A stretch of 64,000 bases of DNA from Catajapyx aquilonaris (lineage: Eukaryota): assembly GCA_000934665.2 (NCBI GenBank), contig KZ537972.1, positions 1 through 64,000 on the forward strand, given 5' to 3'. The translations under genes were made by a program, and so were the position numbers. The notes beneath the pieces are model-generated. The model did not search any database. It was not told the origin of the DNA and saw nothing but the letters and a program-made list of their open reading frames with translations. Shown piece after piece: positions 1-13,500 of this stretch; the stretch's first letter is position 1, and each line of letters begins with the position of its first letter.

Positions 1-753
1 ATTCCACTAACCGAAAAAAAATTCTTCAAAAGAGGCCTAATTTTCGCCCATTTTCAAAGTTTCTCAATTTTTTCCCTCCAAATGGTATTGCGCAATGAGG
101 GTGAAATTTGATATGCGTATATGGCATATATCTGTACATCTGTGATTATTTTCACCAAGATCTGAGAAGATGTAAAAAGATTTCGGCTCACTTGATTCGG
201 GAAGTAAACCGGTCCAAACTTTAAAACGATATATCTCAAAACCCAGCGCTGATGGGGCACAACGGGAATCAGCGCCACAGATATACCCTAAAATCGGTCT
301 AACCTTCAAGGCACCCAAGATAAATATTCAATTTTGTTGGCCTGTGTAATCATATAACCTGTATTTGTAATATTTAATAAAATGACATTTTCTTACTGTT
401 TTTAAAATTCTTCCGGCCAAAGTTTGGATCTGTGATTACACCCACACCCTCACGTTTAAAACAAGTTACTTACGAGCATTCTGGGGTGATTTCGAGCCAA
501 ACTGCTCACTCTGGAGTGAAATGTCGATGTTTTTGTCACTTAGGACCTTTATGCTTGTTAAAAACCATGTTCCGGTCTTCGGATTTCTCAGGACTTTTAG
601 TGTCTTGTTCAGGGGGTCGAATAGTACCTCTGTACCAATTTCCAGCTTTACACGAATTTTTTTAAGGTTCGACCAAAATTTAATCTAAAATGACTGGGCT
701 ATAACCTAATTTTCAACCTTTTGGTTTTTTGGACACAAATATTTCTCACTGTG
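1..753. mobile_element. Probable right end of a non-autonomous Transib-like DNA transposon (left end outside window), within a DIS3 intron
   Basis: AT-rich non-coding stretch ending in CACTGTG (747-753). The minus strand reads CACAGTG-agaaatatttgtgtc-CAAAAAACC, resembling Transib TIR/RSS heptamer-nonamer termini. The partner TIR and TSD are not visible. Confidence 0.35.
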
Positions 754-759
754 CTACAG

Positions 760-881
760 GGGGTGGATTAATGAAATGTCGTAAGTCAAATTTTCGTCGT
801 AACCATAGTTAATTATTAGTTACTATGGTTACTACCAGTTACGACAAAAATTTGACTTGCGACATTTGATGAATCCACCCC
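760..881. mobile_element. Short foldback MITE (Harbinger-like)
   Basis: ~44-bp terminal inverted repeats: GGGGTGGATTAATGAAATGTCGTAAGTCAAATTTTCGTCGTAAC versus the reverse complement of the right end GGGGTGGATTCATCAAATGTCGCAAGTCAAATTTTTGTCGTAAC. Imperfect 3-bp flanks CAG/AAG. Confidence 0.7.
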
Positions 882-920
882 AAGGTTGACATATGGTGTG
901 AATCAAATGTATTTTTACTG

Positions 921-2460
921 TTAATTTAGCTGCTTATTTTTTTCTGGATGTTGGAGCCATACCTGCATAAATGTCGGTCTAGTTCCTGAGCCTGATTCGG
1001 TCTCTGGTCTTCTTTGCAATGAGCCACGCATCTGCTGCCTCCTGGCCCTCCGCCTGCTACGAGACCGCCATTGAGCGCTACTTCTGATTGGGCCACCCTC
1101 CTCCCACATGTCATCCGGACTATCTGACTGATCATCCATGATCTCATCACTGTCATCGTCATCTGAAACTTCTCCAACTCCTTCTTGATCCTTCATTTTC
1201 TTGGCCAGCTTGGCCAGTGCCTTCCTCCGCTGCTCCAACTCTGCTAACATTTTCTTCTGGGTCTCGATGCAAGCAGGTCCACCTTGCACTACGACTTCAC
1301 GCCACCTGAAATTGCAATTGGTGTAAACTGGAAAGGGTTCAATACAACTGCGAGTGAGTGGAACCCAGTTCTTAAAATGCCATATACCATGGGTCACATT
1401 CATAGGGGACATTTTACAAGGTTGCAGTGAGTTATCCAAAAAAACTGTTGATTTCTCTGGTCCAATGCTAGTGTTTTCAAAGCGCTATGGCATGCTGCTG
1501 TTTATTTGTGTCATACAGGGCCAACAACATGACCAGTTTTCGTGTGACTCCATTGCAACCTTGTAACATTAGTCATATTTAGGGTGGTGGTGTAATTAGT
1601 GACATAGCCTTCCGCTTCTGAGGTCCTGAGTTCGATCCCCTGGTCAGGAAGAGGAATTTATCATGCGGAAAGAACTGTTGGAACTAATTCACTCACCTTG
1701 ATGCAAAGATCTTGTCTTGTTCAGTAAATCCCGGCTCGTCGTCCTCTGATGGTTGAGGGAGCACATGACTGGGGCCTTGCTGGGAGGTGGGTATGTTGAA
1801 AGTTGGAAGCAAATGTGATGTAGTGGCCTGTGGTAGAGGTGAGGAAGAGGTAGTGGTTGCTGCAGGAGGAGCATTTTTCTTCTCACTTTGCTCCTTCAAG
1901 AGCACTCGCAGCTGATGCCTGGCACGACGGATAGACCCAGAAGCATGGGACATTTGGAGGTGCATGGCGAGCAGGTCCTCTGCATTTTTATCCACACGGC
2001 GCTCAAGCTCCCTGCGTTTGCCAATAGCATAGGGTTTATAAAATAGTCTGCAATATTAACGTATTAATTCTGACATTCAACTTACCAAGGGTAACGTGTG
2101 TACAGTTGAGTTATCTCCTTGCACTCGTTGATATAGGCAAGTGTCAGCTCCACATGTCGACACACTTTGTCTAGATATCCCACGGAAGGCCTGTGGCCTT
2201 CAACTAGGGGAGGGAATGCTGGAATTCCATTTTGCAGCAACGAGGAGCCTTCCAAAGTTATGTCCTCTAGGTTGGCTTGGTGTAGATTTTGGTCCTCTGT
2301 TGAACTCTCCCCCTGCTCTGATGACACCTCCTCCTCCTCACTATTGTCACTGTCATTTTGGTTCCACCTAATGCGAAACCTACGTATCAGACCAGTGGCT
2401 GACCAGGTGAGACTATCCATTCTTACTGAACCCACAGACTGAGGGCTCTCTACTCTATTT
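921..2460 (-). pseudogene. Decayed antisense multi-exon coding relic of unknown family nested in a DIS3 intron
   Basis: Three collinear minus-strand ORFs (2082-2435, 1693-1995, 921-1439) with protein-like acidic and coiled-coil composition. Donors GTAAGT (2085) and GTGAGT (1696) and acceptor TTGCAG (2048) separate them. In-frame stops occur at 2460-2462 and 1485-1487, and the first junction gives TG|A. Confidence 0.4.
1583..1670 (+). mobile_element. tRNA-derived SINE 5' head fragment
   Basis: A-box-like TGGTGTAATTAG and B-box-like GAGTTCGATCCC. The segment AGCCTTCCGCTTCTGAGGTCC matches the head of the SINE at 14831-15126. Confidence 0.6.
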
Positions 2461-2777
2461 CAATGCGACAGGAAGGTTGGAAATGTATGGTGGGAGTGAA
2501 GGTAGTGTGGAGGTGACAGGTATTGTTGTGTGTTTCCCTAGGAATGGAGTAGCAGTGTACTACTAGTGGCACCACTGCAGGATTTTATGCTACTGTCAAT
2601 CCCACAGTAAACTGCAGGTGGGATCTATTTTACACCAGTATTTGGTTCCAGCAACACAGTGGTGTAAAATGAAGTGGCGTAAAATGGGTCCCACCATGTA
2701 TCAACACACACCCCATTTAATATCCCTGCCTGACATTTTTCCAAGTAGAAAATTCTCAATTTGACATATTGTTTCAG

Positions 2778-4828
2778 GAGCTTGGTCATCGTGAGGACTT
2801 GCGGCACCTGGACATCTGCAGTGTGGACCCACCTGGCTGCACAGACATCGACGATGCCCTCCACTGTCGCCAGCTGCCCAATGGAAATTATGAGGCGGGC
2901 GTGCACATAGCAGATGTCACCCACTTCATACGTCCTGGTACAGCCATTGATGAGGAAGCTTCTCAGCGAGGGACCACAGTGTATCTGGTGGATAAGCGGA
3001 TAGATATGGTGCCGGAGTTGCTCAGCTCCAACTTGTGCTCGCTGCGAGGTGGAGAGGAGCGACTGGCCTTTTCTGCTGTTTGGGAAATGACCTCTGAAGC
3101 AGAAGTTGTATCAGTGCGGTTCTGCAAGAGTGTAATCAGATCCCGAGCAGCTTTCACTTATGCGGAGGCACAGCTCAAGATTGATGATGATACACAACAT
3201 GATGAACTGGCAAAGAGTCTTCGTCAGCTGAACTCATTAGCCAAGAAGCTCAAGCATAAACGTTTTGAAAATGGAGCACTGATGCTGGCATCCCCTGAGA
3301 TCCGATTCCAAGTTGACAGTGAGACACACGACCCAATTGAAGTGGAGACTAAGCAGATGCGTGAGACCAACTCAATGGTGGAAGAGTTTATGCTTCTCGC
3401 CAACATAGCTGTTGCTGAGAAAATTCGGGCGGATTTTCCAGAGCATTCAGTACTTCGGAAGCATCCAGAACCAACACAGTCTCAGTTTGATCCATTGATC
3501 AAGGCAGGGCGTGTCCAAGGATTTGATATCCAGACTGAGTCAGGGAAGGCGCTTGCAGAGTCGCTGGACCTTGCAACTGATCCTTCTAACCCATATTTCA
3601 ACACCATGCTGCGTATTGTAGCAACTCGTTGCATGATGCAGGCGGTGTACTTCTGCTCTGGACGTGGCCCAGACGCAAGTGGGGACTTGGACTTCCGGCA
3701 TTACGGGTTGGCTGTTCCAATCTATACCCACTTTACTTCACCCATTCGGAGGTATTCAGACATAATGGTACATAGGCTGTTGGCTGTGTCTATTGATGCA
3801 CATGCAACATACCCAGAGATGATGGACAGGCAACAGGTGCAAGTTGTGTGCAACAACTTGAACTTTAGACACAGGATGGCACAGTATGCAGGAAGAGCTT
3901 CAGTTGCACTGCACACACATGTGAGTACACTCTTGGCTACGTGTTTTAAAAAATTAATTGGGATATGAGTAACATCTCTGTTCTAATGCCATTTACAAAG
4001 AAGCCATGTAAAAATTGACACTGTCGTGGTATCGCTTGGGTATAGAGGTAGAGAGATCCAGGCTGTATGATACAAACTAACCATGGAAACAAAATTGCCG
4101 TCGACAAAATAATTCCAACATCTTCTCATTGGTTATTAAAGAACAGGGGAAGATTACTGTGCATTACAAGATGGATACAACGTGCTCAACTTGTCCATGT
4201 TTCCAGGTGTTAATTACCGACCTCTTCCTTTCAGCTGTTTTTCCGGGAGAAAGTTGAGGATGAATGCGGCTACATCTTGTTTGTTCGTCAGAATGCACTG
4301 CAAGTTCTGATTCCCAAGTATGGTCTGGAGGGTACCATTTACCTCAAGCCTAGGTCTGAATCAAAAGGGTCTTCAGACACTTCCGGACCAGAATTTACTT
4401 ACGATGAAAAGGAGCCCTCGCAGACGTGTGGTTCAGTGACTTTGCGCTTGTTCGACCCTGTCACAGTTCAACTCAGCTTGGACCAGACGAACGTACAGCA
4501 TGAGAAACTTGTTCTCAAACTGGTAAAACCATATGTAAGTACTGGAGCTGAAGGTGATTTTCAGATTTCGGTTGTGTTATTCTTGTTTTCTTGTAAAGAA
4601 ATGCATACTTTACAAGCTATTAGCATTCTGATTAGACTAGTGATACTTTTCCATGAGAGAGTAGGCAGTAATAATTTGTTTATTTTTCAGATTAAAGACT
4701 TTAGTGTCCCTCCAAAAGCTGGTTCAGTTCTGGAGGACTCAATGGAAGTTGATTCAACTGAAAATGATACGCGAAAAGTAAAAGGGAAGGCACAGGGTCC
4801 TTCAAAGAAGAAAAGGAAGAAGAAATAG
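2778..4828 (+). CDS. DIS3: Exosome complex exonuclease RRP44/DIS3, 3' part (RNB catalytic domain and S1 domain); 5' exons lie upstream of the window
   Basis: Exons 2778-3920, 4235-4534 and 4691-4828 (TAG) with canonical AG/GT and consistent phase. RNB motifs SVDPPGCTDIDDALH, GVHIADV, MVEEFMLLAN and HYGLAVPIYTHFTSPIRRYSD. S1-region QVLIPKYGLEG, basic C-terminal KKKRKKK, and AATAAA at 4924-4929. Confidence 0.96.
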
Positions 4829-5681
4829 ATGCAAAGTTTGACCAAGCAAGATTTATTTTCATCGCCACTTTCATTTTTTATCATTTAAATGTTAAATGTT
4901 TGTGATAGCATTCAGTTGATGAGAATAAAACAGAGTGGCAGTAAAATAACTGCTCTTCATGGAAGCTTGCATACAATAACTTATGTTAATACTGGGCATT
5001 AAATTGCTTGTCTCATTCCCACCTTGAGAATTTTACATGTACATTTTTGTCTGAGTAGCTCACGAATCACCACAAGAAAGCTGCGAAACAAAAGTCAGCT
5101 TCGTGAGGTAAGTGTACCAGTTGATTAAGTTGCACTGGTGTTTAATTGCTAACAAACAATCACATTCTCAGAGAATATTTTCCATTATGGAGCAGTGTCA
5201 TGAGTAATCACTCGAGGCAAGTGGATTTTGGCTGTACAGTACTGCAAGGCAAGGCTATAACAGCTGTTTCACCATGAAGCCAAGGGCACTGGAATGTTAT
5301 TACGAATGCCTAGAACTGGTGGATGGCGAAACAGCCCTTTTGCCTAGATATGGCTTGCATACACAAGGCAACCCAGTAAGTCTGCATGTCTCTGCGTCAC
5401 TAGAAATCATGTTATCTGAATTAATTAATTGGTCTCGGATGTTCATAGTGCATTGCCCAAGTCCATTCACGATAATTACGCATTGTTTACTGCTGTTAGC
5501 AAGGTCACAGTTTATTGGCTTGTTTGCTTGAGTGGAAATGAGTGCTAACAACTCAGGCTTTCTGGATATTAGGAAATGCAGTAGCTGTACAGATAGCTAC
5601 GAATCATGTGTTATTTGAATTTAGCGCCCTTTCCGATGGTGTCGCCACCTCGATAACATCGCGAGAATTTTTGCACTACCG

Positions 5682-5689
5682 TATCGATA
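5682..5689. promoter_or_regulatory. DRE (DREF-binding) palindrome in the putative ASAH1 promoter
   Basis: Perfect TATCGATA in a locally CpG-rich patch ~250 bp upstream of the ASAH1 ATG. DRE is a known arthropod housekeeping-promoter element. Confidence 0.45.
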
Positions 5690-5943
5690 CTGTCACTCTT
5701 TGTTTTGGTTTGTGTCATGTGAGTGCGAGTCAGCTGTCAAACACAAGAGACCTTGGTCGTCAAACATACGTAACATTTTTATCGTTATCTGGTTTCTGGA
5801 TGAATGCGGCAGATTGGGTGGGTGATGCTCGCGTGCCAAGTGAGCCAGTAGGGTGAGGCCACACCAGATAGTTTATCGGAGAGGGACAGCCTCTAGCTGT
5901 GTGCATATCAACTTGTTTTGGCTTCATTATTTTGCAGAGAACA

Positions 5944-8704
5944 ATGCGGGTCGGGCGCTTCGTTTCGGCGGTCGCGTTGGGACTGGTTCTGGTCCGAGCT
6001 GATGGAAGGGAATATGAAGGAAGGCACTTATTTGGTATGCCTGCAACAATTCAGAAGGTATACCATGTACTTACAAGGCTATATTGGACATATCAATAAT
6101 ATTGGGACTTTGGTGTTTCAGTTCGAAGGCTGCAGCGTTGGTGCATTTCCACCGGATCCGAAGTGAGGCTCACACTTTTATATAATTAATAAAAATATAA
6201 TTAACGCTGTGGGTCAAACATTAATGGGGTGTTAAAGGAAGAAGTGACCTTGTGATAGCTCAAGTAAAAGAATTCAGATAGTGACCTTGGCATAGTTATG
6301 AATCATTCCCTCTTTGTATGAGGTGAATGGTAAACAACTTTGTTTGGGAGTGGAAAAGGTTACAACCTTTCTCTTGACCATGAATGGCAATATCTATTAG
6401 CTAATGTTTGTTAACAATGTTCTGATGTTTGCAGAGATCAAGTCCCTACACATGTGATAAACTTGGATCTTCCTCCAAGGCAAAGATGGACTGAGCTTAT
6501 GCTTGAAAAGAAGAAGGAGGTTATTAATTTTGTGGATTTTTATTATTTTGTCAGTAATAATGTGTGACCAAACAAAAGTGAGCTTTCTGTTGTAAGTTTA
6601 ATAATTGCAGTTTAGATTTTAAATAGTGACAATACAATAACAAAAGGTATAGTATGAAAGCTGCTTATTTCATTTAAAAGGATGACTTAATATTGGAGTG
6701 GTAGTCATATGCAATAATAATAGAAATGTTATGCATACTTCATCATGAAAACTAAATGTAGTTGGTCATCAAGGATCGAGTATGAGTAATTGCTTAAAAA
6801 TACTAATCCAACATAGTGTTATAAATAATTATTACAGGTCACATGAATGCTGTGTACTCATTCACTATGCCACTTACACTAACTTCTTACACTTTGCAGA
6901 CGTATCAACTTCTCCAGAACATGAAAAATTTGACAGCTGAATTATTTCATGGCAAGTTGTTCAAGCTGATTGATACCTATTTTCCGAGACTGGCAGAGAC
7001 TTTGCCTTATCCATTCTATGACGAGATGGTGGGCATATCTGAAGCAACGGGTATTCCTATTGGAGAAATCACCCTCTACAACATATTTTATGAGATATTC
7101 ACGGTTTGTACATCCATTGTCGCCCAGTCTAAGGATGGAAGGATTTATCATGGGAGGAATCTAGACTTTGGCCTTTTCCTTGGGTGTGTGTCTCTTTTTT
7201 CACTCAACTTTTTTTTGTGTGTGCTAGGTCAGTTTTAGGGGTATCTTTGCTGACAATGACTAATTTTCCTGTAACACTTGGTTTGCGGGATGTATTCCTA
7301 GACAAGTCGTGGGTAGTCAAAGATGCTAAAATTGCCTGAACTATTATAATTATGAGAGAGTTGGAAATTTTAAGGGAGAAAATTAATAATTACAAGCTGT
7401 TTCAATGAAGGTTTTTAATTGGTAAATGTAAAGGGCATTTGTAACCAAGTGGTGTACTGTACATAACTGTATTAACAGACTCTCTTCTGCACAATCTCAT
7501 TGCGTCCTTAGTTGCAATGCACTGTAGTGTGTCACACATTTGTTGTCCATTATTGAACCAAATTTGTAATAATCATGTAGCTGCATCTGAAGCCAAACTG
7601 AGACCACCTTGCTGTAATGTGACTTTGTTTGTTGTTTATAACAGGTGGGACAAAAAGAACCATTCATGGCTGACCACTGAATACTTAAAACCATTGGTGG
7701 TTCAGCTGGACTTTCAAAAAGGAGGGAAAACTCTGTTTAAGTCAGTCCAATTTGTTGGTTACACTGGAGTCATCACAGGGCTTAAACCAGTAAGTATGTT
7801 TCAGCACACCCTATTTATAATAATGATGTACTACTAGTTGGGATTTTTTTGTGTTGTTGTTGGTGTGTGTATATATGTTCCAGAAATCATGTGAATACCT
7901 TTTCTTTTCTAGGGACAGTTTTCAGTGACAGTGGATGAAAGGTTTGGTGTGGTTGGTGGTTTTGTTGGCATCCTTGAGTGGATTTTTGGATATCGAGACC
8001 AACAGTGGATGGGATTTCTGGTGAGACAAGCTCTGGAAAATGCAACCAGCTACAGAGAAGCACAGAAAATGTTGGCGAAAGCAAATCTCCTGGCTCCTGT
8101 TTACTTCATTATGAGTGGCCCTGAAAGTGGAGAGGTGAAAGAGTCAATGAATCTTAAGAAAATATTTTTTATAGTCAAATCTGAGAGGGTCGAGGTGAAA
8201 TATAAAAATTAGAAGGTTTCAGTATTTAGGATCTTGGTGGGCATACATTAACTGACATTTTAACAAATATCTCCTGGATTCAAGTGAGGTTAAGTAACAA
8301 TTCTTGAATTTCAGGGTACTGTGATAACTCGAGGTCGTTTTGACTTCGACATCTTGACTTTAGGCCAGATGAGCGTGGGCCAAAAATCCAACTGGTACCT
8401 GGTTGAGACAAATTATGACCATTGGAAAGTCCCCCCATTTTTCGATGACAGGCGAACACCTGCAATGACTTGCATGGAGAAAATTGGTGCTGGCAATATT
8501 TCAAAGGCAGCCATGTATAATGTGCTGTCCACCAAACCAGTTCTTAACAAGGTGGGTAACTCACAATGAATTAGGTGGCTAATGTTGCAAATAATTGTAA
8601 CTCTTGATTGACAGCTGACAACCTACACGGTTTTAATGGAGGTCAGGAGTGGTGCCATGGAGAGTTGGGTGAGATATTGCGCTGATCCTTGTTGGCCTTG
8701 GTAA
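5944..8704 (+). CDS. ASAH1: Acid ceramidase (N-acylsphingosine amidohydrolase, Ntn hydrolase), ~405 aa
   Basis: Exons 5944-6057, 6122-6162, 6435-6519, 6900-7183, 7645-7789, 7913-8134, 8315-8551 and 8615-8704 (TAA) total 1218 nt in frame. Signal peptide, [11 protein letters not shown], nucleophile site [36 protein letters not shown] and C-terminal CADPCWPW. Confidence 0.93.
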
Positions 8705-10548
8705 ATCTGCTTGGAAGATTGGTATTACTATAATTATATTCCACTAGTACAGTTTCCTTCACAGACTAGTCACAGCATAATAATATTATTGCTTTTTATG
8801 ATTTGTGCACTTGCTAACAAGGACTGTTTATCAAGTCAGATTAAGTGTGCCAGTTTTTATGGCAATCATTCCCTTAGTCATGATAAGAAGACTCAGTTTA
8901 TAGATGTGATATTCCCAAGGATATTCCGGCATAGATCTGTATATATTTTCTTTGTGTAATTGTCCTGTAGAGATAATAATAGGCCAGTATTGTACTAGTC
9001 CATGAATTACTTTTACATGTTGCTGAAGTCAGGTACTTTTACATGAAATATTGAAAATAAATCACAGATACTGTAGCCTACATCATTTTACTTCACCCTT
9101 GAATTCATTGAAGCTATGAAATAGAGTATAGGATCTGGAATACCTGCCCAAAATCCTGAATCCAAATGGAGTAATTGTTCAACCATAAATATTGCAGTGC
9201 TTGAGTGAATGACAGATTTATACTGTGTGCAGCAGACCTTATATGTGTCATTAGGAACAGATGGTGACTCATGGCCATGTGAGAGAGCACCTGACTGTTT
9301 ATAACATTGGTAAATTATATTGTACACTGCCAAATTATGGCCAAACAGATGGATAATGCCAAGAGTACATTGCATAATTTTTCATGTTATGAGTAGGTCT
9401 ATTTTCAAGAAATAGCCACTTTTTCTGTGACATTCACACACAGAGTGATTTACTCTTCAATGCAGTGCTCATTATTTTATTGTTTTTATCCCCTGGATGG
9501 ATTTTGCTGCAATGCTCATTAATGGAAGGAATACAGTGCCAGGTAAGTATTTGAATATAAAACACTGCACATAGTTCGAAACAAGCATCTAATTTGCAAT
9601 GTGCATGCGATGGGTATCAGACATCCATATTGCAGTGCGAGTTATCCAGATACTACAATAAAGAGACAGCCTGAGTACTGTATACATGACAATCTTGTGT
9701 GCAGTGGTATGCAGAATTGTGGCCTTTGTGAATGACCTCCTCTTCATATTTTGTTGGTCATTTGCACATAGTATGCACCAAATAGGACAAAACATTGAAC
9801 CTGAACCTTGCAGTCACTTTTTATCTGTCAGTGTTATGGCTGTGAACAAATCTCAAGAGGAACGTAGTAGGACATTCCCCATCGTTGCAGTTGTCAGAAT
9901 CTGTCAGGTAAGTGCAGCTTTAAAAACGCGCCAAATAGGGTGCATTCTGACCACTGTTGTCTCATTCTCGAGTTTTTTTCCGAAAAGAAAATGCTCGCCT
10001 ACAGTTGCGTGGCATATTAATCAGCCATTTCATACTCATTTATACTGACAAAATTTAGGACAAAATTGTATAGCTACGTATATTTTGTAAAAGTAGCGGA
10101 TTCCGCTAGCAGAAGCGCACCTTGGTTTTGATTGGCCGAGACCGGACTCCTTTATTGCTGAGGACCAATCAAGAGGCGTGTTGATATCTAGCGCCTCCAA
10201 ACGAGGCGTTTCTGAAGCTTTTCATGGCACACGATAAAATGTGAAAGTAGCACAATACATCGATACTGGACACAACAATATCACATTTAAATTAACTCTC
10301 GCAATTTGCTATTAAATATGTGGGTTACATAGCGTCAGTTTAGACTGTCGGTATGTTTCCTACTCGTGTACTGGTTCAACAGGTAAGGAAGCGTAACGTA
10401 AAGTGTCAATAAGCCCGGAAAAATAATGTTCGATATATCGATTTAATGGCCATGCTTTATCAACTTGGGCAAGAATAATCGATATTTTTTCATCCGATAT
10501 TCCGAGCCGCATCGTTTTCTTTTCTTTTTGTTTCCAAAACCGGGCAAG

Positions 10549-13500
10549 ATGGCGGGCACCATCGAGATTCCATTGCGCGACACTGACGAGGTTTTGGAGC
10601 TGGACCCGGCCCAGCTGCCCGATGGAGAGAAGGTGCTGGGGATTGTCAAGCAGGAAAATGCGCAGCTTCATCTCTGGGTCACCATTGCCGTGAGTATTCC
10701 ATATGGAACGGGGGAAATACATGAAAAAAAAAGAACACGCCAGGCCTTCTCAGGTCATGCCTGCAGCTGTCATGAGATCAGAAATGGGTTGTTTCATCAT
10801 GTTAATTAGGGCTCAATTTCCATTGCAGCTGGAGTATTACAAGCAGGGCAAGGTCTCAGACTTTGTTACGATATTGGAAAGTGCCAGGACAGATGCCAAA
10901 CTTGATTATAAGGATTTTGAAAAGGACCAGATGCGTTGCTTTGACATGCTGGCCGCATACTATGTGCAGATGGCCAACAAAGCCAAAGTCAAGGATAAGA
11001 AGAGGGAGTGGTTCACCAAAGCCACTGTTCTGTACACTACTGCAGACAAGATTATCATGTACGACCAGGTAAGGTGTCGGCATTTTACAAAAAAAAACTA
11101 GTGACAATTTTATCGAAATATCTAATGAACAGGAATGAGCAGATTATCCTGTGCCTTGTAACGTCAATTTGATCTCACATGTTTTGATGCATAGGCCTAC
11201 TCTTCTTTTTAAAATAAAAAGGTTTGAGAATACACTGCACTCCCCATTATCTGGGATAATGACTTCATGGGTGTCTTCAGGTAATAGGAAGACAGATAAT
11301 TGGGCAATGGTCCTAGATACGTAAAAGTGAGCTGTTCAGAGGTTTTAAATTAACTCCTGCGTGTATTGTACGCTGCTTTAAATCTTTAGTTTGTCTTCTG
11401 GAAAAGTTTATTTATATTTGTGTGCAAGACGTAGTGACATTTTGTCGGACTCTAATTTATTTTTCTTTGTTTTGGCAAAGCATGGATAATCCACATCTGG
11501 ATAATCAGGAGTACAGTGTCGTGTGAAGTGAATGTACACAACAGTAAAATGAAATGCAAGTCCTAATGCTATTTGAATTTTTCTAGAATCACCTGCTGGG
11601 CAGGGCATACTTCTGCCTGCTGGAGGGTGACAAGATGGACCATGCAGATGCGCAGTTTAATTTTGTGCTGAATCAGTCCATCAACAATATTCCTTCACTT
11701 CTTGGGAAGGCTTGCATTGCTTTTAACAAGAAAGACTATCGAGGAGCCCTAGCCTTCTACAAGAAGGCCCTTAGAACCAATCCGAATTGTCCTGCTGCTG
11801 TCAGACTTGGGATGGGGCACTGCTTTATGAAGCTGGGAAATGAGAAGAAGGCATGGTGAGTAAAGTTGGCATATTTTTAAAATTCTCAAGTTGTGGTTTT
11901 CAATGCACTGAGCCATTCATTCTGTGCAGAATTTGGGATTGATTAACTGCGCTGAATAATGGAAAATATTTAACTGAACTGTTGCCAGATGAGATGATGA
12001 AAAACAGCAGTGCCTCGACTCACTACTGTTGTTTTTAGTTATTGCCAGATTTTTCACAAAACTAGAAGTATTTTGTGGGTTATTCAGCTCATTTATTCCT
12101 TTTTCAGGCTTGCCTTTGAACGGGCCTTGGAATTGGATCCGAGCTGTGTTGGAGCTTTGGTGGGCCTAGCCATACTGAAGTTAAATCAGCAAGGAGAAGA
12201 GTCAATTCGTAGTGGAGTTCATATGCTCTCTCAGGCCTATTCCATTGATGCCACTGATCCAATGGTACTCAACCACCTTGCCAATCACTTCTTTTTCAAG
12301 CGGGATTATAACAATGTGCAGCACTTGGCCCTGCATGCCTTCCACAACACAGAGAATGAGGCTATGCGGGCAGAGAGTTGTTACCAATTGGCAAGGGCCT
12401 TCCATGTCCAGGCAGACTATGACCAGGCCTTCCAGTATTATTACCAAGCTACCCAGTTTGCGCCCCTTAACTTTGTGTTGCCTCACTTTGGACTGGGCCA
12501 GATGTATATCAACAGAGGAGACACTGAGAATGTAAGTTGGATCAGTAATATGCAATGAATCATAATTTGTTGCGGGTGTTAATACTCTCTGCCTATCACT
12601 GGTAGAGCTTGTGGTCTGACTTGTCAAGATTATGCGAGCAAATTATATGAAAATTTTTCTACTTTTTTTAGGCAGCTCAGTGCTTTGAGAAGGTCTTGAA
12701 GGCCCAGCCAGGCAACTATGAGACGATGAAGATTCTGGGCTCCCTGTATGCCAATTCAAGCAGTCAGTCAAAGCGTGATATAGCTCGCAACCATCTGAAG
12801 CGTGTGACGGAGCAATTTCCTGAAGATGTGGAGGCCTGGATTGAGCTGGCGCAGATCCTGGAGCAATCCGACCCTTCAGCTTCTTTAGACGCATATGACA
12901 CAGCCATGAAGATCCTGAGAGAGAAAGTGCAGGCAGAAGTACCCCCTGAGATCCTCAACAATGTGGGCTCCCTGCTCTACCGCCTGGGAAAACTAGAGGA
13001 AGCACGGTCAAACTTTGAGAATGCTTTGCAGAGGTGCCGGGTAGAGGCATCCCATGATGCACAGTACTACAATTCTATCAGCGTGACTGTTACTTACAAT
13101 TATGCCCGACTGTTTGAGGCACAGTGTCAGTTTGACCGGGCAGAAAAGTTGTACAAAGACATCCTTAGGGAGCATCCCAACTATGTTGACTGTAAGTATT
13201 TTTGCTTGCAAATGTTACATTTTTGGAATTGGAAATTTCTTGCACTACTCTGGCCAAAATATATGAATCATGTTGCAAGGCTACAATTTCACTGGGAATC
13301 AGCTTATATATCTGTTCCAGTGTGAATATGACATAGCAGAGATCAGTGATGATGCAAAGCTGGTTGAGTAGTGTGGCAGTCCAAATGGGTATTACACTGG
13401 GCCACCATGTGCACACAGTGATTTAATTATAGTCTATGGCAGTTTAGTAAGGAATATGTTCGACTAAAAATTGAGCATGATCTACTGTTGACGTATATTC

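Noticed and set aside
2625..3916. Minus-strand ORFs overlapping DIS3 (likewise those overlapping ASAH1, CTR9 and liprin exons)
   Set aside because: Antisense shadows of genuine coding exons with no independent support.
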